Below are positions 29,479 through 39,072 of a DNA stretch of 64,000 nucleotides, piece by piece (the first letter of the stretch is position 1; every line of letters begins with the position of its first letter). A program made the translations under genes and the position numbers. This DNA is from Comamonadaceae bacterium (GTDB lineage: Bacteria; Pseudomonadota; Gammaproteobacteria; Burkholderiales; Burkholderiaceae_C): contig JAIYCB010000050.1 in the NCBI GenBank assembly GCA_027488215.1, positions 5,543-69,542 of the forward strand, read 5' to 3'. The notes below the pieces were generated by a model. That model saw only the letters and a program-made list of their open reading frames with translations, searched no databases and was not told the origin of the DNA.

Positions 29479-29492
29479 TTGACCTGAGTCAA
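29479..29492. promoter_or_regulatory. FNR-like palindrome upstream of hemN
   Basis: TTGAC-ctga-GTCAA, perfect 5-bp inverted repeat, 69 bp before hemN ATG. Confidence 0.7.
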
Positions 29493-29561
29493 TACATGGG
29501 CAGATGCAAGCGGGCAAAGTGTCGGCTCGTTTTGAACACATTCGAATGAAGGGGCAGACGC

Positions 29562-30944
29562 ATGTCCGTCATCACGCCACAATTGTTGACACGTTTTGAC
29601 GTGCCTGGTCCACGCTACACCTCTTACCCCACTGCCGATCGATTTGTCGAGGCCTTTGCTGAGCCAGATTACGTGCAGGCATTGCAGCAGCGCCAATCGG
29701 GCATGGGGGGTAAGCAGTCACCGCTTTCGCTTTACGTTCACATCCCCTTTTGCGAATCGCTTTGTTATTACTGCGCCTGCAACAAAATCATCGCGAAGCA
29801 CAAAGAGCGTTCAGCCCAATACTTGAACTACCTTGGCAAAGAGCTGGCGCTGCACACCCAACATCTGGGGAGGGGTCAGCCGGTCAGCCAATTGCACCTG
29901 GGTGGGGGTACGCCCACCTTCATGAGCGACGGCGAATTGCGTCAACTCATGGATTTGCTGGGGATGCACTTTGCATTTGCGCCTGGCGGGGAATACTCGG
30001 TTGAAGTCGATCCGCGCACGGTGGATGACAAGCGCCTGGCCGTGTTGGCCGAGTTGGGTTTCAACCGGCTGAGTTTCGGGGTGCAGGACTTTGATCCCGG
30101 GGTGCAAAAAGCCATTCACCGGATCCAGCCAGCGGATCAGGTGTTCAAGCTGGTGGAAGCTTCGCGACGCCTGGGCTTTGAGTCGATCAATATGGACCTG
30201 ATTTACGGCTTGCCCCTGCAAACGCCAGAATCCTTTGAGCGCACGCTCAAGCAAGTCAACAGCCTGCGTCCTGACCGCATTGCGCTCTATGCTTATGCCC
30301 ACTTGCCCGAACGCTTCAAACCGCAGCGCCGCATTCATACCGAAGATCTGCCTTCGGGCGCTGCCAAGGTGGCCATGCTGTCGCGCTCGTTGGACGCGCT
30401 GACCGATGCCGGGTATGTATACATCGGCATGGACCACTTCGCTTTGCCCGACGATGCTTTGGCCGTGGCCAAGCGTCAAGGACGTTTGCACCGCAATTTC
30501 CAAGGCTACAGCACCCAGGCCGACTGCGATCTGATTGCCTTGGGTGTGTCCTCGATCGGGCGAATCGGTACCACCTACAGCCAGAATGCCAAGACCATGG
30601 AGGAGTATTGCGACCTGCTGGATCAGGGACGCTTTCCTGTGGTGCGGGGCTTGGCGCTCAGCCGTGACGACCTGATTCGCCGTTCGGTCATCATGGCGCT
30701 GATGTGCCAAGGGCATTTGCAGTTCGAAGCCATCAACCTGGCTTGGCTGATCAACTTCAAAACGCTGTTTGCCGACGAAATTTCTCAGCTTGAAGACATG
30801 CAGGTGCAAGGCCTGGTTCAGTTGAGCGAGACCGGCATCCAGGTCACCGCCATGGGCTGGTTCTTTGTGCGCGGCGTGGCCATGGTGTTTGACCGCTATG
30901 TCCAGGCCGACCGTAACCGTTCACGATTTTCCAAAATCATTTGA
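29562..30944 (+). CDS. hemN: Oxygen-independent coproporphyrinogen III oxidase
   Basis: GPRYTSYPTA, HIPFCESLCYYCAC radical SAM motif, HLGGGTP, IGMDHFA, RNFQGYST. Confidence 0.96.
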   Translation: MSVITPQLLTRFDVPGPRYTSYPTADRFVEAFAEPDYVQALQQRQSGMGGKQSPLSLYVHIPFCESLCYYCACNKIIAKHKERSAQYLNYLGKELALHTQHLGRGQPVSQLHLGGGTPTFMSDGELRQLMDLLGMHFAFAPGGEYSVEVDPRTVDDKRLAVLAELGFNRLSFGVQDFDPGVQKAIHRIQPADQVFKLVEASRRLGFESINMDLIYGLPLQTPESFERTLKQVNSLRPDRIALYAYAHLPERFKPQRRIHTEDLPSGAAKVAMLSRSLDALTDAGYVYIGMDHFALPDDALAVAKRQGRLHRNFQGYSTQADCDLIALGVSSIGRIGTTYSQNAKTMEEYCDLLDQGRFPVVRGLALSRDDLIRRSVIMALMCQGHLQFEAINLAWLINFKTLFADEISQLEDMQVQGLVQLSETGIQVTAMGWFFVRGVAMVFDRYVQADRNRSRFSKII

Positions 30945-31027
30945 GGCCTACTGACATGGGTTGGGCCGCATCGGGGGGTGTTCTGCATCGCCGACAATGT
31001 AATTCTTGACATTCAAGCGAACAAACC

Positions 31028-31705
31028 ATGCAAAGCTCTTTGGCCATCACGGCCTTGATGATGGGGGTGCTGGGAGGGCCGCATTGCGTGGCCATGTGTG
31101 GTGCGGCCTGCGCGGGTCTGGGGCAGGCTGCGAGTGAGCGGCGGGCGCAGGCTTTGTTGGCGTTTCAGCTGGGCCGCTTGGGCGGATATGCGGTCTTGGG
31201 TGCAGTGGCCGCAGCCAGCGTGCAAGGCCTGGGCTGGCTGACCACGCAGTCGGCTGCCATTCGCCCGGTCTGGACATTGCTGCACTTGTCGGCCCTGGTC
31301 CTGGGCTTGCTGCTCATGCTGCAGGCACGACAACCCGTCTGGCTGGATGCTGCGGCACGCCGACTGTGGGTACGAGTGCGCGCCTTCAATGACCGTTGGG
31401 GACGTGCCGCGCCCTGGATGGTGGGCGGATTGTGGGCCTTCATGCCCTGCGGTTTGCTGTATTCGGCCCTGATGGTGGCGGCCTTGACCAGCCAGCCTGG
31501 GGAGGGTGCGGCCACCATGGCCTTGTTTGCCCTGGGCAGCAGCATCAGCTTGTGGGCCGGACCATGGCTCTTTTTGCGCATCCAGAGATTGGGGGACGGC
31601 GCATGGGGCATGCGCGTCGCGGGGTTGGCCTTGGCGGCTGTGTCGGCCTGGGCTTTATGGATGGGATTGGTGCTTGATCAGGCCCCTTGGTGCGTTACAC
31701 CCTGA
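31028..31705 (+). CDS. TauE/SafE-DsbD_2-like membrane protein typical of cco loci
   Basis: GGPHCVAMCG and FMPCGLLYSAL cysteine motifs, six hydrophobic segments. Confidence 0.82.
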   Translation: MQSSLAITALMMGVLGGPHCVAMCGAACAGLGQAASERRAQALLAFQLGRLGGYAVLGAVAAASVQGLGWLTTQSAAIRPVWTLLHLSALVLGLLLMLQARQPVWLDAAARRLWVRVRAFNDRWGRAAPWMVGGLWAFMPCGLLYSALMVAALTSQPGEGAATMALFALGSSISLWAGPWLFLRIQRLGDGAWGMRVAGLALAAVSAWALWMGLVLDQAPWCVTP

Positions 31706-31802
31706 AACAAAACCGCAGGAACCATGGCGTCTGCAAAAAGCCTGAGAGGGCACAATCAAGGCGATGGGTGCAACTGTTTTTGCACCTTCTACAAAACACC
31801 CC

Positions 31803-32549
31803 ATGAAACTGACTCGAACATCTTCGATGGCTTGGACCCTGATGGCGACGCTGCTCTTGCCTGTCGCATCCGCTCAGGCGCAAAGTGCTTCCAGCGAACC
31901 AGTCCCTCATACGGCACATGCCGCACTGCACCAAGTTCTGCATTTGAGTGCTTCGGCACAGACCGATGTGCCGCAAGACTGGTTGGTGGTCAACCTGGCC
32001 GTTCAAAAAGAGGGCCTGCAAGCCCCTGCGGTTCAAAGGCAGCTCAATGCGGTCCTTTCGTCAGCCTTGGCCTTGGCCACCCCCATGGCCCAGCCCGGGG
32101 GGGTGGAGGTGAGAACGGGCGAGATGAATGTGTCACCGCGTTATGGGCGAGACGGGAAAGTCAACGGTTGGTTTGGCTCTGCGCAACTCGTCTTGCAAGG
32201 CCGCGATGCCGAGCAAATCACAACACTCGCTGCCCGCCTTCCAGAACTAACGGTGTCACAGATCGATTGGCGCTTGAGTCCCGAACAGAAAAGTGCTGCC
32301 CAAGCGCGAATCCAGGCCGAAGCGGTGGAGCGTTTTCAAAACAAAGCGCAATCCTTGACCAGGCAGTTTGGTTTTGCAGGCTACACCCTCCGGGAGGTGC
32401 GCGTCAGTGCTCAGGAGGCCGAAGATGGGGTGGTCATGCCGCGCATGACCATGGCTCAGATGGATGCGCCTTCGCCGATGCCGGTACCTGCGGTGGCCGG
32501 CAAGTCACGCGTGGTGGTGAACGTTTCGGGCAGTATTGTGCTGCGTTGA
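31803..32549 (+). CDS. SIMPL (DUF541) domain periplasmic protein
   Basis: Signal peptide, LHLSASAQTDVPQD, EAVERFQNKA...FGFAGYTLREVRV, C-terminal VVVNVSGSIVL. Confidence 0.8.
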   Translation: MKLTRTSSMAWTLMATLLLPVASAQAQSASSEPVPHTAHAALHQVLHLSASAQTDVPQDWLVVNLAVQKEGLQAPAVQRQLNAVLSSALALATPMAQPGGVEVRTGEMNVSPRYGRDGKVNGWFGSAQLVLQGRDAEQITTLAARLPELTVSQIDWRLSPEQKSAAQARIQAEAVERFQNKAQSLTRQFGFAGYTLREVRVSAQEAEDGVVMPRMTMAQMDAPSPMPVPAVAGKSRVVVNVSGSIVLR

Positions 32550-32618
32550 AGATGCTGGGGTTCCGGCCCCAATCAGTGCATCGGAAAACAAAACGAATTG
32601 ATTGGTAAACCCAAGCAG

Positions 32619-33431
32619 TCAAGCAGCACTCATGCCTTTGTTGAACATGTAGACAGCAAGAAACACCAAGAAGAAAGAAAACACCCTTTTCAATTTCTTA
32701 ACGGGGAGTCGATGTGCAGCTCGCGCACCGAAGGGCGCCGTCAGCACGCTGCAACAGGCAATGACCAACATTCCCGGCAACCAAATATAGCCAAGTGACC
32801 AGGGTGGCAGGTTCTCCAGTTTCATACCGCTGATGACAAAGCCGGTGACATTCGCAAGTGCAATGGGAAATCCTAAAGCAGCGCTTGTGCCAATGGCGTT
32901 GTGTATGGCCACATTGCACCAGGTCATCAAAGGCACACTGACGAAAGCTCCTCCAGCGCCGACCAAACCCGACAGCAACCCGATCAGACCACCCATTCCC
33001 AACTGACCCGCGAAACCCGGCATTTGACGCGATGGCTTTGGTTTTTTATCCAAAAACATTTGAAAGGCAGAAAAAGAGACAAACAGGCCGAACAAAATGG
33101 CCAATGTGGCGCCTTTCACAGCCACAAAAATCCAGAGGCTGGCCATGGCACTTCCCAGCACAATGCCAGGTGCTAAACCTTTGACTAAGTCCCATCGCAC
33201 AGCGCCCAACTTTTGGTGGGTTCTCACGCTAGAGACCGATGTGAACAAAATGGTCGACATGGACGTGACAATGGCCATTTTGATGGACAGATCCTCAGAG
33301 ACGCCCATGTCGCTGAGTAAAAAACTCAGCACCGGAACCATCATCAAGCCACCGCCCAAACCCAACAATCCAGCCATGAAACCAACAACCGTGCCAGTCA
33401 GGGCCAGTTCTAAAAAGACTTGAGCTTCCAT
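32619..33431 (-). CDS. Sulfite exporter TauE/SafE family membrane protein
   Basis: GLLGLGGGLMMVP, GLVGAGGAFVSVP, AIGTSAA; 5 bp downstream of the CoA ligase stop. Confidence 0.88.
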   Translation of the reverse strand: MEAQVFLELALTGTVVGFMAGLLGLGGGLMMVPVLSFLLSDMGVSEDLSIKMAIVTSMSTILFTSVSSVRTHQKLGAVRWDLVKGLAPGIVLGSAMASLWIFVAVKGATLAILFGLFVSFSAFQMFLDKKPKPSRQMPGFAGQLGMGGLIGLLSGLVGAGGAFVSVPLMTWCNVAIHNAIGTSAALGFPIALANVTGFVISGMKLENLPPWSLGYIWLPGMLVIACCSVLTAPFGARAAHRLPVKKLKRVFSFFLVFLAVYMFNKGMSAA

Positions 33432-33436
33432 GAGGC

Positions 33437-34954
33437 TTAGACCAACCCAAGTTTTTGTGCCATGCCAATGCGTTGTAACTTACCGGTAGCCCCTTTGGGA
33501 ATTTCTTCCATCAGCAGAACCTTGCGCGGCACTTTGAAATCGGCCAAACGTGTTGCCGTGTAGTCGCGAAGTTCTTTTTCAGTGGCAGTCATTCCCTCGC
33601 GCAGGACCACGGCAGCGCCAACCTCTTCGCCCAATTTTTCATGGGGGATGCCAAAGCAAACGACCTGTGCCACTGCAGGATGGTCCATCAAGACTTCATC
33701 GACTTCGCGTGGGCTGATTTTTTCACCGCCACGGTTGATGATTTCTTTGAGCCTGCCTGTGATGCTGACATAGCCCTGTGCATCCAAGATCCCTTGGTCA
33801 CCCGTTCTGAACCATCCATTGGTGAAGGCTTCTGCATTGGCTTTATCGTTGTTTTCATAGCCAGGCGTGACGTTGCTGCCGCGGATCACAATTTCGCCTG
33901 TGCTCCCTACGGGCAATAAATCACCTTCTGCACTCATGATGGCAATCTCGGGGCCTGCGGCCAAGCCCACGGTGCCCGGTTTTCTTTGGCCCGGCGGCAG
34001 CGGATTGCAAGCCATTTGGTGAGCTGCTTCGGTCATGCCATAAGCTTCGATCACCGGGGCATTGAAGGTGTCTTCGAGCTCAGCCAAAACCTGCGGCGGT
34101 AACGAAGAGGATGACGAACGAATGAATCGAAGTGGCACCCTTGCTATGACTTCTTTGTTGTTGGCCGATCTGGACAAAATAGCCTGGTGCATGGTGGGCA
34201 CCGCGGTATACCAAGTCGGCTTGACTTCGTCCATTTGGCTGAAGAATTTCAACGCATTGAAGCCACTGGTGCAATAGACTTGCCCGCCTTGAGACAGTGG
34301 CGCCAAGATGCCGGCAATCAAGCCATGAATGTGAAAGAGGGGCATGACATTCAAGCCTCGGTCGGAGCTGCTAAAGCGCGTGCTGTGTGCAATGTTTTGC
34401 GCTGAGGCAGTCACGTTGCGGTGTGTCAAGGGAACAATTTTGGGCCGCGAAGTGGTGCCAGAGGTGTGAAGTACCAAAGCCACGTCGTCAGTCTCGGCTT
34501 GTCCAGGATGCTGCGCGGCTTTTGGCGTCAGGCCGTTCATGTTCAGTGTGAAAGAGCCAGCGCCGATGGAGGGCGTGGGTTCGAGTTCAATGACAGCGAT
34601 GCCCATTTTGGCGGCTACTGCCACGGCAGGACTGCTCGAACCTTTTTCAACCACCAAGGCTTTGGCGTTCAAGTCATTCAGATAAAACTCGAATTCATCA
34701 GCACGATAACTGGGATTCAAGGGCGCTGACGTGCAGCAGCAGGCCACAGTCACAAAACTGGCCGCCATTTCTGCGCTGTTGGGCAAAACAAGCGCAACAC
34801 GATCGTTTCTACCAATTCCGACTTGGTTGAACTTTGTACGTACGTATTCATTCAGTTGACGTAATCCTGAATAGCTCAAAGGCGCACTGTTTGCAGCCGT
34901 CAGACAAACAGACTCAGAATGACCAAAAGCCAAAAGATCAATTAGGGTTTTCAT
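33437..34954 (-). CDS. Acyl-CoA ligase of the AAE3/PCS60 (oxalate-CoA ligase) type
   Basis: LHTSGTTSRPKIVPL, MPLFHIHGL, TWYTAVPTMHQ, LRFIRSSSSSL, EAYGMTEAAHQMACNPLP, INRGGEKISP; closely parallels plant AAE3 as recalled. Confidence 0.78.
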   Translation of the reverse strand: MKTLIDLLAFGHSESVCLTAANSAPLSYSGLRQLNEYVRTKFNQVGIGRNDRVALVLPNSAEMAASFVTVACCCTSAPLNPSYRADEFEFYLNDLNAKALVVEKGSSSPAVAVAAKMGIAVIELEPTPSIGAGSFTLNMNGLTPKAAQHPGQAETDDVALVLHTSGTTSRPKIVPLTHRNVTASAQNIAHSTRFSSSDRGLNVMPLFHIHGLIAGILAPLSQGGQVYCTSGFNALKFFSQMDEVKPTWYTAVPTMHQAILSRSANNKEVIARVPLRFIRSSSSSLPPQVLAELEDTFNAPVIEAYGMTEAAHQMACNPLPPGQRKPGTVGLAAGPEIAIMSAEGDLLPVGSTGEIVIRGSNVTPGYENNDKANAEAFTNGWFRTGDQGILDAQGYVSITGRLKEIINRGGEKISPREVDEVLMDHPAVAQVVCFGIPHEKLGEEVGAAVVLREGMTATEKELRDYTATRLADFKVPRKVLLMEEIPKGATGKLQRIGMAQKLGLV

Positions 34955-35059
34955 GAATGAAAGATGAAAAAGTTTGGTTAAGGGGAATTTTTTCTCGACA
35001 ACATACAGAACATTCTAGTACGATACTCACGAGTTAATTTAATTACCAAGGAGTTTACT

Positions 35060-36070
35060 GTGAAAAATCGTCTCTCGATGTTTATCAAAACAGCTGCCTT
35101 GGTGGCCAGCAGCTCGTTGTGTTTCAACGCTAACGCCCAATCCAAATGGGAACCTACAAAAAATGTTGAGTTCATCGTGCCGGCCGGCACTGGAGGGGGA
35201 GCTGATCAGATGGCGCGGTTTCTCCAGGGGGTGATTACCAAGCACAAACTCATGGCTCAACCCTTGGTGGTGGTCAACAAATCGGGCGGTGCAGGGGCAG
35301 AAGGATTTTTGGATGCCAAAGGCGCTCGTCCTGACGGTCACAAAATCATCATCACGCTGTCAAATTTATTCACAACACCCTTAGCAACAGGTGTGCCCTT
35401 CAATTGGAAAGATTTGACCCCTGTGGCCATGCTGGCGCTTGATGAATTTGTGCTTTGGGTCAATGCCGAGTCACCCTACAAATCGGTTGGCGACTTGACC
35501 AAGGCGATGAAACAAGCTGAATCTGGCAAATTCAAAATGGGTGGAACCGGCTCCAAGCAGGAAGATCAGATCATCACTGTGGCCATTGAAAAAGCCACAG
35601 ACAAAAAAATGACCTACATCCCTTTCAAAGGCGGTGGTGATGTGGCGGTTCAATTGGTGGGCAAACATGTAGATGCCACGGTGAACAACCCGATTGAAGC
35701 GGTGGCCCATTGGAAGGGCGGCACTTTGAGAGCGTTATGTGTATTTGATTCCCAGGTCATGCCTTATCCCAAAAAAATCACCCCCACACAGTCGTGGAAG
35801 GACATTCCCACCTGCAAATCGCAAGGGCTTGATGTGGAGTATTTGATGTTGCGCGGCATTTTCATGCCGCCCAAAGCGACGCCAGCGCAAGTGGCTTACT
35901 TCACCGATGTTTTCCAAAAAGTACGTCAACTCCCTGAGTGGAAAGAATTCATGGAAACGGGCGCTTTCAAGGACACCTACATGAAGGGCCAGGAATTTCA
36001 AGATTGGTTGCTCAAAGCAGAGGTGGAGCATTTCCGTCTGATGCGTGAAGCCGGCTTCTTGGCCAAATAA
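35060..36070 (+). CDS. tctC: Tripartite tricarboxylate transporter substrate-binding protein
   Basis: Signal peptide, IVPAGTGGGAD, VNKSGGAGAEG, IPFKGGG; GTG start after AAGGAG. Confidence 0.9.
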   Translation: MKNRLSMFIKTAALVASSSLCFNANAQSKWEPTKNVEFIVPAGTGGGADQMARFLQGVITKHKLMAQPLVVVNKSGGAGAEGFLDAKGARPDGHKIIITLSNLFTTPLATGVPFNWKDLTPVAMLALDEFVLWVNAESPYKSVGDLTKAMKQAESGKFKMGGTGSKQEDQIITVAIEKATDKKMTYIPFKGGGDVAVQLVGKHVDATVNNPIEAVAHWKGGTLRALCVFDSQVMPYPKKITPTQSWKDIPTCKSQGLDVEYLMLRGIFMPPKATPAQVAYFTDVFQKVRQLPEWKEFMETGAFKDTYMKGQEFQDWLLKAEVEHFRLMREAGFLAK

Positions 36071-36090
36071 AACTTCAGAAGGACCTCATT

Positions 36091-36588
36091 ATGAAATCGG
36101 GTACACACCTGCAAATGCGGTGGATGGAGTTATTGGTGGCTGCTTGCTTTCTGGGTGTGAGCTTACTGGTCATCACAGACAGTATTCGGGTTGGCAAAGC
36201 TTGGGGAGCCGATGGTCCTGAGCCCGGCTACTTTCCGTTCTACATCGGTTGCCTTTTGTTGGGCGGCGCAGCTTGGATCATTTTGCAAACCTTGTGGGCT
36301 TGGAAGCAAGACGATGGGAAAGAAGTGTTTGCCGAAGGGCATGAGTTCAATTTGATGATGTTGATGCTCATCCCTTCAGCGGTTTTTGTGGCAGCCATCT
36401 TTGTGCTGGGAATTTATCTGGCCTCAATGACTTTCGTTGCAGCCTTTATGGTCTGGCAGGGTAAATACAGTTACGTCAAAGCGATCTCAGTCGGTGCGGG
36501 CATCAGTGCGGTCTTGTTTGCCTTGTTTGAAATTTGGTTCAAGTTGCCATTGCCAAAAGGCTTCATTGAAACTTGGTTGGGCTATTGA
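36091..36588 (+). CDS. tctB: Tripartite tricarboxylate transporter small subunit
   Basis: GPEPGYFP motif, four TM segments, LPLPKG C-terminus. Confidence 0.88.
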   Translation: MKSGTHLQMRWMELLVAACFLGVSLLVITDSIRVGKAWGADGPEPGYFPFYIGCLLLGGAAWIILQTLWAWKQDDGKEVFAEGHEFNLMMLMLIPSAVFVAAIFVLGIYLASMTFVAAFMVWQGKYSYVKAISVGAGISAVLFALFEIWFKLPLPKGFIETWLGY

Positions 36589-36590
36589 TC

Positions 36591-38081
36591 ATGGATGAAC
36601 TCAACAACCTGTTTCAGGGCTTTGCTGTTGCGCTGACACTGCCCAACATTGGCTTCATGCTGATTGGTATTTTTTTGGGTGTGCTCATTGGGGTCTTGCC
36701 TGGTTTGGGCGGTGCCAATGGCGTAGCCATTTTGCTGCCTCTCACCTTTGGCATGTCGCCCACATCGGCCATCATCATGCTGTCTTGTATCTATTGGGGG
36801 GCATTGTTTGGCGGCGCCATTACTTCCATTTTGTTCAATATTCCAGGCGAGCCTTGGTCGGTGGCGACTACCTTCGACGGTTACCCCATGGCGCAAAAGG
36901 GCAAGGCCGCGCAGGCCCTGACCGCGGCCTTCACATCGTCATTCGTAGGCGCCTTTGTGGCTGTGCTCATGGTCACATTTTTGGCCCCGCTGGTGGCTAA
37001 ATTTGCGCTCAACTTTGGTCCACCTGAGTTCTTTGCAGTTCAGTTGCTCACCTTTGCAAGTTTCATTGGCATGAGCAAAGAACCTCCCGTTAAAACCTTG
37101 CTGGCCATGATGTTGGGTTTTGCATTGGCAGCTGTGGGTTTGGACAGTGTGACGGGCACATTGCGCATGACCTATGGTCAAGAAAGTTTGCTCAAAGGCT
37201 TTGACTTTTTGATCGCCGTCATTGGCCTCTTTGGCATTGGCGAAATTTTGCTGACCATGGAGGAGGGCCTTGCGTTCAAAGGGCAGAAGGGGCGCATCAG
37301 TCTCAAGGATGTTCTCGAAACCTGGAAAGAGCTGCCCAAGTACTGGGCCACGTCCTTGCGTGCATGTTTGATTGGTTGCTGGATGGGCGTCACACCCGGA
37401 GGCGCAACACCTGCGTCGTTCATGAGTTATGGCACAGCCAAGCGAATTTCAAAGCATCCTGAAAATTTTGGCAAAGGTGCCATTGAGGGGGTGATTGCAC
37501 CTGAAACTGCCGCCCATGCCGCGGGTACCAGCGCCTTGTTACCTATGCTCACGCTGGGTATTCCTGGCTCACCCACAGCAGCTGTTTTGCTGGGCGGTTT
37601 GTTGATTTGGGGTTTGCAACCAGGCCCCTTGTTGTTCACTGAGCAAAAAGATTTTGTCTGGGGTCTGATTGCCTCAATGTACTTGGGCAACATCGTGGGC
37701 TTGATTGTCGTCTTGACCACCGTACCTTGGTGGGCGGCCATCTTGAGAATTCCGTTCTCCATCATTGCACCAGTGATCGTGGTGATTTGTGCGGTGGGTG
37801 CCTACACGGTTCACAACAGCATGCTGGATGTGGTCTTGATGCTGGTCTTTGGCTTGATGGGCTATGCCTTCAAAAAGCTCAAATACCCGTTGGCACCCTT
37901 GGTCTTGGCGCTGGTGCTGGGTGACATGGCTGAAACCAGCTTTAGGCAGTCTATGCTGATTTCCAAGGGTAGTTTGGAGATTTTTGTGAGCACACCCTTG
38001 GCTGGCTCCATCACGGGCTTGGCCCTCATCATGCTTTTGTGGCCAGTTTTTGGCCACTTGAAAAAGCTCAATCGAGACTGA
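36591..38081 (+). CDS. tctA: Tripartite tricarboxylate transporter large permease
   Basis: GVLPGLGG, FNIPGEP..VATTFDGYPM, GVIAPETAAHA, LGIPGSPT. Confidence 0.93.
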   Translation: MDELNNLFQGFAVALTLPNIGFMLIGIFLGVLIGVLPGLGGANGVAILLPLTFGMSPTSAIIMLSCIYWGALFGGAITSILFNIPGEPWSVATTFDGYPMAQKGKAAQALTAAFTSSFVGAFVAVLMVTFLAPLVAKFALNFGPPEFFAVQLLTFASFIGMSKEPPVKTLLAMMLGFALAAVGLDSVTGTLRMTYGQESLLKGFDFLIAVIGLFGIGEILLTMEEGLAFKGQKGRISLKDVLETWKELPKYWATSLRACLIGCWMGVTPGGATPASFMSYGTAKRISKHPENFGKGAIEGVIAPETAAHAAGTSALLPMLTLGIPGSPTAAVLLGGLLIWGLQPGPLLFTEQKDFVWGLIASMYLGNIVGLIVVLTTVPWWAAILRIPFSIIAPVIVVICAVGAYTVHNSMLDVVLMLVFGLMGYAFKKLKYPLAPLVLALVLGDMAETSFRQSMLISKGSLEIFVSTPLAGSITGLALIMLLWPVFGHLKKLNRD

Positions 38082-39072
38082 GGCCTTTGCCTTTGGACAA
38101 CACACTCTGCTCGAGCAAGCGCGTCAGGGCGTAAACCGAGTCGAGTGTGGGTGTGGGCCTGTCGCAGATTCTGCCCAGCTCAATCACGCTGCCCAACAGC
38201 GCCTCCAACTCCAGGGCCTTGCCGTTCTCAATGTCTTGCAACATGGACGTTTTGTGGGCGCCTACAGCTTGTGCGCCTGCAATCCGCTTATCGATGCTGA
38301 TTTTGAATTGAACGCCCAGTTTTTCGCCGACAGTTTGAGCTTCTGCCATCATGCGAGCGGCCAAATTGCGCGTGAGATCAAAATTGCAAATGTCTTCCAA
38401 CGTGGCGTGCGTCAGGGCGGACACCGGGTTGAAGGTGAGGTTGCCCCAAAGCTTGACCCACAGCTCACTGCGAATGTCCGTGGACACGGGCGTCTTGAAT
38501 CCTGCGGCAATCATGGCCTGTGCCAATGCCGTCACACGTTCAGATTTTTCGCCACTGGGTTCGCCCAAAGTAAAGCGATTGCCTTCAATGAGTTTGACCA
38601 CACCCGGTGCGACCAATTCAGCGGCGGGGTAGACCACAGCGCCGATCACCCGCTCTGGGCCAATGTGTTGCCATTGCGCACCACCTGGATCAATGGAAGT
38701 CAATTGGCGGTTTTGATACTCACCGACCAAGTTATAAAAGTACCACCAAGGAACGCCATTTTGCAGTGTGACAACAGCCGTTTTGTCATGACACAGCCGC
38801 CCAATTTGTTCGGCAACCGGGCTGACCTGGTGCGACTTCATTGTTAAAAAAACATAGTCGTGCGGCGTTGCTTCATCGATCGTGCAGGCCTTGACGTGCG
38901 GGGCGTGCAAAGATGTGCCGTCTTCTAAAGTGAGGGTCATGCCATTTGCTTGAATGGCTTTGAGATTTTCCCCACGGGCAATGAAAGTCACGTTGCAGCC
39001 CGACAAGGCCAACTTCACACCAAGGTAGCCCCCAATGGCGCCCGCGCCCACAATGGCAATGTTCAAACTCAT
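38068..39072 (-). CDS. PanE/ApbA-like reductase (candidate oxalyl-CoA reductase)
   Basis: GAGAIGG Rossmann motif, LQNGVPWWYF, WVKLWGNLTFNP, HKTSMLQD; overlaps tctA end by 14 bp. Confidence 0.8.
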   Translation of the reverse strand: MSLNIAIVGAGAIGGYLGVKLALSGCNVTFIARGENLKAIQANGMTLTLEDGTSLHAPHVKACTIDEATPHDYVFLTMKSHQVSPVAEQIGRLCHDKTAVVTLQNGVPWWYFYNLVGEYQNRQLTSIDPGGAQWQHIGPERVIGAVVYPAAELVAPGVVKLIEGNRFTLGEPSGEKSERVTALAQAMIAAGFKTPVSTDIRSELWVKLWGNLTFNPVSALTHATLEDICNFDLTRNLAARMMAEAQTVGEKLGVQFKISIDKRIAGAQAVGAHKTSMLQDIENGKALELEALLGSVIELGRICDRPTPTLDSVYALTRLLEQSVLSKGKGLSLD

